64,000 bases of DNA from Bacteroidota bacterium. GTDB lineage: Bacteria; Bacteroidota; Bacteroidia; Bacteroidales; VadinHA17. The stretch is from positions 13,883 through 77,882 of the forward strand of contig JAZDMU010000012.1 of NCBI GenBank assembly GCA_043800695.1. The letters are read 5' to 3'. Shown in pieces: positions 57,512 through 64,000 of this stretch. How positions within the stretch are numbered: the stretch's first letter is position 1; each line of letters starts with the position of its first letter. The position numbers and the translations under genes are program-made. The notes beneath the pieces are model-generated. The model worked only from the letters and a program-made list of their open reading frames with translations. It was not told the origin of the DNA and did not search any database.

Positions 57512-59323
57512 ATGGAAGATGTCATGACGCTGGTCGAGAAAATACTTGCTGTTCACTCCGGGAAAGAATCAGTTCATCCGGGAGAAATAATTGATGTAGA
57601 AATTGATATCCGTGTTGCCCGTGATTTCGGCGGTGCTAACGTGGTAAAAAACATCAGGGATAACGGTTTGGATGTGAAAGACCCCGGGAAAACCCTCTTT
57701 ACCTTCGATTGCAACCCTACGGGATCAGATCAGAAATATGCAGTAAATCAGCATATCTGCAGACTGTTTGCCCGTGAGAACGGGATTCGAGTTTATGATA
57801 TCGATTCAGGCATCGGAACTCATCTGCTTATAGATCAGGGCTATGTGGTTCCGGGATCAACAGCTGTTTCAACCGACTCGCATGCCAATATACTGGGAGC
57901 TGTCGGCGCATTCGGACAAGGAATGGGCGATATGGACATTGCCGCTTCATGGCATAGCGGAAAGATATGGTTCAAGGTGCCTCCTTCTGTCAAGCTGAGG
58001 CTTAACGGTAGTTTGCCGGCTGACATAACCGCCAAGGATGTCGTACTTAACCTGTTGGGAATATTTGGAGCAAATTCACTTCTTGGCTATTCGGTGGAGA
58101 TCTGCGGCGAGTCAGTCGACAGGATGAGTCTCGATTCGAGGATAACCATATCATCAATGGCAACCGAAATGGGTGCGATAACAATATTATTTCCGGCCTC
58201 AACAGAGATAATTGATTATTGCAGCCGCCGGTCATCATATAAATTCACGCCACTTTATACCGACCCGGATGCACTCTACGAAAAAACATTTGATATAGAT
58301 GTCTCCGGATTCGTTTCCTTGGTGTCACGTCCCGGAGAACCTCATGATATTGTTGCAGCTTCAGCACTTGAAGGGACAAAAATTGATTCTGCCTTTATCG
58401 GAAGCTGCACTAATGGGAGAATGGAGGATATGAGGATTGCTGCGGAGATACTTAAGGGAAGAACTGTCGCACCAGGAGTTGTGCTTAAGATAGTTCCTGC
58501 AACGGATGAGATATGGAAAGAGTGCCTGTCAGAAGGCCTGGTTGATATATTTAAAAGAGCCGGAGCTCTTTTCTCAAATGCAGGTTGCGCCGGATGCGCT
58601 GCCGGACAGGTCGGTCAGAATGGACCGGAGGAAGTTACAGTAAGTACCGGAAACAGAAACTTCCCCGGAAAACAGGGAAAGGGGAGCGTATACCTTGCAT
58701 CGCCTGCCATTGCAGCTGCCTCGGCAGTTGCAGGATATATAACAACTCCTGGCAGAATACCTTTACAACCCGCTGTTTTTAAGACCATGGAAAGAAAATC
58801 GGACGTAACTAAAAAAGAGGCAGGGGAGAGGAAAGCAAAACCTGATTTTATCGAAGGCAGGATATGGCTGATACGGAAAGACAATATTGACACCGATATG
58901 ATCTTTCATAACAGGTACCTGTCAATCACTGAGCTTAAGGAGATGGGGCAATATACATTTGATAACCTGAAGGGATTTGAGGATTTTGCCAAAAAAGCAA
59001 AACCGGGAGATATTGTGTATGCAGGCAGGAATTTCGGAAGCGGAAGCTCCAGACAGCAGGCTGTAGACTGCTTCTTATCGCTTGGCATACAGGGCATCAT
59101 TGCCGGATCATTCGGTGCGATATATGAAAGGAATTCAATTAATGCGGCTTTTCCGGTTATCATATGCAAATCGGCCGAAGAGCTTGAACTTAAAGAAGGA
59201 GACACTGTCATGGTAGACCTCAGAACAGGAATTATCACGAACCTGAATAACAAAAAAACAACTTCGGCTGAGCCTTTCTCTGATGTGCAGTTTGAAATTT
59301 ACCAGAAAGGCGGACTATTATAA
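57512..59323 (+). CDS. Aconitase-superfamily dehydratase: fused LeuC/HacA-like large and LeuD/HacB-like small domains (paralog 1)
   Basis: Large domain: STDSHA, GSCTNGR and AGCAGCAAG (three Fe-S Cys), and STGNRNFPGKQG. A linker follows, then a swivel domain with DNIDTDMI and GRNFGSGSSRQQA. Confidence 0.8.
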   Translation: MEDVMTLVEKILAVHSGKESVHPGEIIDVEIDIRVARDFGGANVVKNIRDNGLDVKDPGKTLFTFDCNPTGSDQKYAVNQHICRLFARENGIRVYDIDSGIGTHLLIDQGYVVPGSTAVSTDSHANILGAVGAFGQGMGDMDIAASWHSGKIWFKVPPSVKLRLNGSLPADITAKDVVLNLLGIFGANSLLGYSVEICGESVDRMSLDSRITISSMATEMGAITILFPASTEIIDYCSRRSSYKFTPLYTDPDALYEKTFDIDVSGFVSLVSRPGEPHDIVAASALEGTKIDSAFIGSCTNGRMEDMRIAAEILKGRTVAPGVVLKIVPATDEIWKECLSEGLVDIFKRAGALFSNAGCAGCAAGQVGQNGPEEVTVSTGNRNFPGKQGKGSVYLASPAIAAASAVAGYITTPGRIPLQPAVFKTMERKSDVTKKEAGERKAKPDFIEGRIWLIRKDNIDTDMIFHNRYLSITELKEMGQYTFDNLKGFEDFAKKAKPGDIVYAGRNFGSGSSRQQAVDCFLSLGIQGIIAGSFGAIYERNSINAAFPVIICKSAEELELKEGDTVMVDLRTGIITNLNNKKTTSAEPFSDVQFEIYQKGGLL

Positions 59324-59331
59324 AACAAAGT

Positions 59332-61107
59332 ATGAAATCAATGACTTTTGCTGAAAAAATATTTGACGCTAAAGCCGGAACCATCGTATTTGCGCGTCCT
59401 GATTTAATACTGACGCACGACAATACGGCCAGCATATATAAGACTTTCAAAAATATGGGAGGCCTCAGAGTGACTGACCCTGATCAGATGCTTATTGTGC
59501 TTGACCATAACGCTCCTCCTGCCGATTCAAAGCTGGCAACACAATACCAGGAAATAAGGGATATCGTCAGGCAGCAGGGAATAAAGAAATTCTATGACTC
59601 AGGCAGCGGAATCTGCCATCAGATAATGTCGTACCATGCGAGGCCGGGAATGCTGATAGTCGGCAGCGACAGCCACACATCAACCGCTGGAGCTTTCAAT
59701 GCTTTTGCTGCAGGAATCGACAGGACTGAATCTGCCGGAATATGGAAAAAGGGAGAGACCTGGTTCAGGGTGCCTGAGTCAATAAAGATAACGATGAAAG
59801 GCAGACTGAAAGCCGGTGTATATGCTAAGGACCTGGCACTGTGGATAATAGGAATGATAGGATCTGATGGTGCTAACTATATGTCAATTGAATACCATGG
59901 TGAGGGTGTAAAAAATCTCAATATCTCTGACAGGATGACAATAGCTAACCTTACCTCTGAAATGGGAGCCAAGAATGCTGTATTTCCGCCCGACGAAGTA
60001 CTTTTTGATTTTCTCGGGAAGACGGTCGGCGGCGTATGGGCCGATAATGGGGCAAAATACTTCAGAGAGATAAAAATTAATCTGTCAGCCATCGTACCTG
60101 TGGTTGCAGCACCTCATAATGTAGACAATGTAAAATCGGTTCCCGAAACTGCCGGCATCCCTGTACACGAGGGACTCATCGGCACCTGCACCAACGGTCG
60201 GATCGAAGACCTTCGCATTTCCGTCGGTATCCTGAAAGGAAAAAAGATCGCCGATGGATTCCAACTGAATATTATCCCTGCATCAAGGGATATATACCTG
60301 CAGGCAATTGAAGAGGGATTGATAACAGCCCTGCTGCGATCAGGAGCAAACATACTGACTCCCTCATGCGGCCCTTGCCTGGGGACAGGACAGGGAATAC
60401 CGGCAAACGGACATACTGTTATCTCAACGGCCAACCGGAATTTCCCGGGCCGCATGGGCAATAAAGAAGCATCAATTTACCTTGCCTCACCGGCAACAGT
60501 CGCCGCATCTGCACTTAAGGGCGTAATAACCGACCCGAGGAAGAAACCCGGGACTGAAAAATTTCCTTTCAATCCTGTGCAGAGCCGTACATCTGAGATA
60601 AAGGGAGGGGAGATGCGGAAGCAGCGAAATGTCTGGAATTATTCTGATGTTGATAACTTCAACACCGACCAGATGTTTGCAGGCAAGCATACATATAATA
60701 TATTGAGTACAGACCCGGCGGCAATACTTCCCCTGCTCTTTGCAGATTTTGATCCCTCATTTGCAAAAAATGTCGCAAAAGGGGATATAATATTGGCGGG
60801 CGATAACTTTGGCTGCGGCAGCTCACGTGAGCATCCTTCTGTGGGATTGGCATATGCGGGCGTGAAAACCGTGATTGTAAAATCAGTGAACCGCATATTC
60901 TACAGGTCCTCAATTAACCAGGGGCTTGCACTCATCGTTCACAGAGAGGCTGTGGAAGCCTACAGGCCGGGTGACAGGGTAGATATTGATTTTGCCAGGG
61001 GGGAGATATCCGTTGGCTCTGAAAAACTAAGTTTTGAACCTCTTCCTCAGGAGCTGAAGCAGATCATCGACAAGAAGGGGCTTGTTAATTACATGAAATC
61101 ACTTTAA
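59332..61107 (+). CDS. Aconitase-superfamily dehydratase: fused LeuC/HacA-like large and LeuD/HacB-like small domains (paralog 2)
   Basis: GSDSHT, GTCTNGR, PSCGPCLGTGQG and STANRNFPGRMG, followed by a small domain with FNTDQMF and GDNFGCGSSREHP. Confidence 0.8.
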   Translation: MKSMTFAEKIFDAKAGTIVFARPDLILTHDNTASIYKTFKNMGGLRVTDPDQMLIVLDHNAPPADSKLATQYQEIRDIVRQQGIKKFYDSGSGICHQIMSYHARPGMLIVGSDSHTSTAGAFNAFAAGIDRTESAGIWKKGETWFRVPESIKITMKGRLKAGVYAKDLALWIIGMIGSDGANYMSIEYHGEGVKNLNISDRMTIANLTSEMGAKNAVFPPDEVLFDFLGKTVGGVWADNGAKYFREIKINLSAIVPVVAAPHNVDNVKSVPETAGIPVHEGLIGTCTNGRIEDLRISVGILKGKKIADGFQLNIIPASRDIYLQAIEEGLITALLRSGANILTPSCGPCLGTGQGIPANGHTVISTANRNFPGRMGNKEASIYLASPATVAASALKGVITDPRKKPGTEKFPFNPVQSRTSEIKGGEMRKQRNVWNYSDVDNFNTDQMFAGKHTYNILSTDPAAILPLLFADFDPSFAKNVAKGDIILAGDNFGCGSSREHPSVGLAYAGVKTVIVKSVNRIFYRSSINQGLALIVHREAVEAYRPGDRVDIDFARGEISVGSEKLSFEPLPQELKQIIDKKGLVNYMKSL

Positions 61108-61138
61108 ATGAATCCTCAGCAGACATTCATTAGAAACA

Positions 61139-61170
61139 GGTTGCTGGTTGCTTGTTCCTGGTTGCTTGTT
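61139..61170. repeat. Tandem 7-nt/14-nt repeat GGTTGCT GGTTGCT TGTTCCT GGTTGCT TGTT
   Basis: Read directly. CTGGTTGCTTGTT occurs at 61144-61156 and again at 61158-61170. It lies between the stop at 61107 and the tRNA. Confidence 0.55.
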
Positions 61171-61203
61171 AAGTAAAAAGATGTATTTTTGCATCCTGAA
61201 TTT

Positions 61204-61277
61204 GGTTCCGTAGCTCAGTTGGATAGAGCAACAGCCTTCTAAGCTGTGGGTCGGGCGTTCGAGTCGCCCCGGAATCA
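61204..61277 (+). tRNA. tRNA-Arg (anticodon TCT)
   Basis: Hand-folded cloverleaf: acceptor GGTTCCG/CGGAATC, D arm GCTC-AGTTGGATA-GAGC, anticodon arm ACAGC-CTTCTAA-GCTGT, variable loop GGGTC, T arm GGGCG-TTCGAGT-CGCCC, discriminator A. 74 nt; no encoded CCA. Confidence 0.95.
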
Positions 61278-61931
61278 CAACCTCCTGAACGGCACAAACC
61301 TTACAAATGACAATCGTCTTGTTTCGGTCTTACCGTTACTTTTTGTCACCAGCACAAGATCCTGCACAGCCCCTGCAGTGCCAACGGGTATTATTAGCCT
61401 TCCTCCTTCGGCAAGCTGATCAATAAGTGGCTTTGGTATTTTCTCAGGAGCAGCCGTTACAACGATAATATCAAATGGTGCATACTCCTCCCATCCCTTG
61501 TATCCATCACCATATTTGCAGATAATATTGTCATATCCCAGACTTTTAAGCCTTTCAGCAGATTCCTTTGCCAGTTCAGGAACAATCTCAATGGTATATA
61601 CACTGTCGACAATCTCAGCCATTACGGCAGCCTGATACCCCGAACCTGTGCCTATCTCCAATGCTTTCTTTCTTCCTGTGGGCCGCACTGCTTCAGTCAT
61701 ATATGCAACAATGAAAGGTTGAGAAATGGTTTGTCCGTACCCGATCGGCAGTGGGTAATCATTGTAAGCTTCATCAAGGTATTCATCCGGGATAAAAAGG
61801 TGCCTTGGTACTTCTTTCATTGCATTCAGTACCTCTGGATTAGTCACCCCCCTGTTACGGATCTGGGTCTCAACCATCTTTATCCTGCGGATCTCGTATT
61901 TATCTGCCTGGGGAATGATACAGCCTGCCAT
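61275..61931 (-). CDS. pcm: Protein-L-isoaspartate O-methyltransferase
   Basis: PRHLFIP, ISQPFIVAYM and EIGTGSGYQAAV (SAM motif I). The ATG at 61931 is preferred over the upstream GTG at 61964. The stop overlaps the tRNA 3' end by 3 nt on the opposite strand. Confidence 0.85.
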   Translation of the reverse strand: MAGCIIPQADKYEIRRIKMVETQIRNRGVTNPEVLNAMKEVPRHLFIPDEYLDEAYNDYPLPIGYGQTISQPFIVAYMTEAVRPTGRKKALEIGTGSGYQAAVMAEIVDSVYTIEIVPELAKESAERLKSLGYDNIICKYGDGYKGWEEYAPFDIIVVTAAPEKIPKPLIDQLAEGGRLIIPVGTAGAVQDLVLVTKSNGKTETRRLSFVRFVPFRRL

Positions 61932-62045
61932 AATGATCACCTGTAAAAGAAGTAGGTTTTTCACAACAAGCGTATTTTATACAAGATACAAAAAATCCCT
62001 GATATTTCAAAGCCCCGGCATCTGAACCTGCAGTAACTACCTGAT

Positions 62046-62732
62046 TTACATAGTATATCCCATCAGCGACAGGCATCCTTCGCTCAGGAACCGGATAGCG
62101 GGCCAGATCGGCAGAAGATTGTATTTTGAAACAGCCGAAACAACAATCAGCCCCAGTAAAATAAAAGTACCATACCGGTAGAGCGCTCTGTAAAGGTCCG
62201 GATACTTCTTAAAATACGTCAGGAGCAGGTGCGATCCGTCAAGCGGGGGGATAGGGATAAGGTTGAATATAAAAAGCCCCCAGTTTATATAAATGGTATA
62301 TATGAATAACTCATTTATCAGGAACTTTCCGTTGTAAAAGTCAGGTGTCTCCAGGTCTTTGAAGATAACGTAAACGGCTGACAGCACAATTGCTAGCAAG
62401 GCATTTGAGACAGGGCCTGCGGCTGCGATCTTTAGGACATCCGTTTTGGGATTTTTCAGGTTTTTTTCCTCAAACTCGACAGGCTTTGCCCAGCCGAAAC
62501 CTGCAACAAGAAGCATTACAAATCCAAGAGGGTCTATATGTTTAAGCGGATTAAGAGAAACACGTCCCTGGTCCCTGGAAGTTGAATCGCCACACCTGTT
62601 AGCAATAAAAGCATGACTGAACTCATGAATAGTCAATCCCATGATTATGCCCGGAAGGAACTTCAGTGTCCTGAAAATATCCAGGTTATCCATCCCTGTG
62701 TTTCTTTGCCGGGAGGAAGAAATCGGATTCAT
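62046..62732 (-). CDS. Site-2 protease family (peptidase M50) membrane protein
   Basis: HEFSHAF (HExxH) and NLIPIPPLDGSH motifs. An alternative start MDNLDIF at 62693 would reduce the overlap with the upstream gene to 8 nt. Confidence 0.8.
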   Translation of the reverse strand: MNPISSSRQRNTGMDNLDIFRTLKFLPGIIMGLTIHEFSHAFIANRCGDSTSRDQGRVSLNPLKHIDPLGFVMLLVAGFGWAKPVEFEEKNLKNPKTDVLKIAAAGPVSNALLAIVLSAVYVIFKDLETPDFYNGKFLINELFIYTIYINWGLFIFNLIPIPPLDGSHLLLTYFKKYPDLYRALYRYGTFILLGLIVVSAVSKYNLLPIWPAIRFLSEGCLSLMGYTM

Positions 62733-63480
62733 TAAGTCCGCACTCTTCGATCATTTCACGTGCATATTCTGCTCCTGAGAAATTCTCATCTGCATTATTA
62801 GTCCCGACGGTGAATTTAACCCTGGCGGCTTTTGCCCTTTTGATAAAGTCAGCGGATGGTATCCTGTACCTGTTGTTAATTTCAATTGCGATATTATTTT
62901 GCCTGGCTGCCTGAATCACCTTATCCATCCTTTCAGCACTCCAGAAGCTGTCATAACGCAATGCCATCTGTTCCGGAAGAAATGTTGGATTTACATATAT
63001 ATCTATAGGTTCCTCAGACATTATCTTAACGATCGTGCTGACCAGGTTATCCATGAAGATCTCCTCGTCATCGATCCAGGTTTCATCCTTCATCCAGATT
63101 CTATTGCGTCTTCCCATGTCATCAGTAAATGTCATGGCATCCGTGAAGACATAATCGAATTTGTCAATTGATTCCTTTGAGAAAATATTCACCCATTCCC
63201 TGCCTTCAGCCTGCATCCCCACATAAAACTGCGGGTAATCCTTCATGATCTGAAGTACTGAATCGATCTGGCTCTCCTTGTGCACCGGGAACTTGTAACC
63301 GCAGTTGAAGGCAATTCCGTAATCAATGTTTTCAGTCTTCGATTTTGCCACGGCATCTTCAATGGTAAGATTTCCTTTCAGATGTATATGCAGATCAGTG
63401 ATTTTAAATTCTTCCTTCTCCCTGCAATTCATCAGCAGGAAGGAGAATGAAACAATAAGAATGATAGCTTTGGTTTTCAT
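62686..63480 (-). CDS. Exported hypothetical protein, possible PHP/amidohydrolase-like metal-dependent hydrolase
   Basis: Lipoprotein-like signal (LLMNC). The early DLHIHLKG (HxH) motif suggests a metal-dependent hydrolase. No firm family recognition. Confidence 0.3.
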   Translation of the reverse strand: MKTKAIILIVSFSFLLMNCREKEEFKITDLHIHLKGNLTIEDAVAKSKTENIDYGIAFNCGYKFPVHKESQIDSVLQIMKDYPQFYVGMQAEGREWVNIFSKESIDKFDYVFTDAMTFTDDMGRRNRIWMKDETWIDDEEIFMDNLVSTIVKIMSEEPIDIYVNPTFLPEQMALRYDSFWSAERMDKVIQAARQNNIAIEINNRYRIPSADFIKRAKAARVKFTVGTNNADENFSGAEYAREMIEECGLNESDFFLPAKKHRDG

Positions 63481-63495
63481 ATAATGATTTATTGG

Positions 63496-64000
63496 TTATC
63501 CTAATGCAACATCGAGCAGCATCATTGTTGCGAATCCGAACATTGCGCCTACCGTCGAAAGATCTGTTTCATTACCAGTCTGAGATTCAGGTATAAGTTC
63601 TTCAACAACAACAAATATCATTGCCCCTGCTGCGAACGAAAGTGCATATGGGAGCATAGGCTTTATCATCAGTACGGCGAATGCGCCCAGTAGTCCTGCT
63701 ATCGGCTCGACGATTCCGGACATCTGCCCGTAAAAAAATGATTTCAGTCTTGAAAATCCCTCCCTTCTCAACGGGATTGATACTGCAGCTCCTTCGGGAA
63801 AATTCTGCAATCCTATTCCTATTGCCAGAACAACAGCCCCTGCAAGAATGCCGGGATCAGCATTGGATGCCAGTGCTCCGAAAGCAACCCCAACTGCCAA
63901 TCCTTCCGGAATATTGTGTAAAGTAATTGCCAGTACAAGAAGAATGCTTCTCTGCCATGAGGTTTTTATGCCCTCTGCCTTGTCAATAGCCAGCCCCTGG
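63496..64000 (-). CDS. zupT: ZIP-family divalent metal transporter (ZupT-like), 5' end beyond window
   Basis: [12 protein letters not shown] and, when translated upstream of the ORF-caller TTG, ...[13 protein letters not shown] (checked by hand to nt 63999 with no stop). These are the two ZIP signature HNxPEG/NxPEG motifs. Confidence 0.85.
   Translation of the reverse strand, partial: QGLAIDKAEGIKTSWQRSILLVLAITLHNIPEGLAVGVAFGALASNADPGILAGAVVLAIGIGLQNFPEGAAVSIPLRREGFSRLKSFFYGQMSGIVEPIAGLLGAFAVLMIKPMLPYALSFAAGAMIFVVVEELIPESQTGNETDLSTVGAMFGFATMMLLDVALG

Noticed and set aside
61204-61277. tRNA-Arg considered as a possible integration site for a genomic island.
   Set aside because: There is no integrase, no direct repeat of the tRNA 3' end and no foreign-looking genes on either side. 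The flanking genes are housekeeping.
1-64000. A search for CRISPR arrays, rRNA, transposases/IS elements, prophage genes and toxin-antitoxin pairs.
   Set aside because: I saw no regularly spaced 25-40-nt repeats, no rRNA-like sequence and no ORFs with transposase, integrase or phage signatures. The only repeats present are the short-period arrays reported above.

Overview
The window looks like a chromosomal segment of a Bacteroidota (Bacteroidales-like) genome. This assignment is an inference from TAnnTTTG -7 promoter boxes, the absence of Shine-Dalgarno use, lipoprotein signal peptides, pyrG-yidC adjacency, DUF4293/DUF349 genes and a BtuB-lipoprotein-BtuFCD layout.

Content from left to right:
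- An AT-rich Wzx/Wzy-type polysaccharide locus (1-11.5 kb).
- A nucleoside phosphorylase and an MFP-RND-TolC efflux operon.
- pyrBI, yigZ, a GroES-like gene plus an orphan receiver domain, and a NamZ-like DUF1343 gene.
- 5'-nucleotidase, alkaline phosphatase, queE and a TPR/PD40/OmpA protein.
- The stand-out locus at 28.8-38.1 kb, described below.
- DUF349, pyrG and a frameshifted yidC.
- A LacI regulator and a cobalamin-riboswitch-controlled btuB/lipoprotein/btuFCD locus.
- Housekeeping genes, two tandem fused LeuC-LeuD-like aconitase-family paralogs, tRNA-Arg(TCT), pcm, an M50 protease and a truncated ZIP transporter.

The stand-out locus contains:
- a 43-aa double-glycine-leader peptide gene with a 14-aa proline-rich core;
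- an exported TPR-CHAT caspase-like protease;
- an ECF sigma factor and a membrane anti-sigma-like TPR protein;
- a sensor-less histidine kinase;
- a C39-peptidase ABC exporter with its HlyD partner.

I read this locus as a candidate, undescribed exported-peptide / TPR-CHAT / ECF-sigma signalling system.

Other items worth a look are a candidate ~220-nt structured RNA at 57.2-57.4 kb and several short-period tandem repeat arrays in intergenic DNA. I saw no rRNA, CRISPR array, transposase or integrase.
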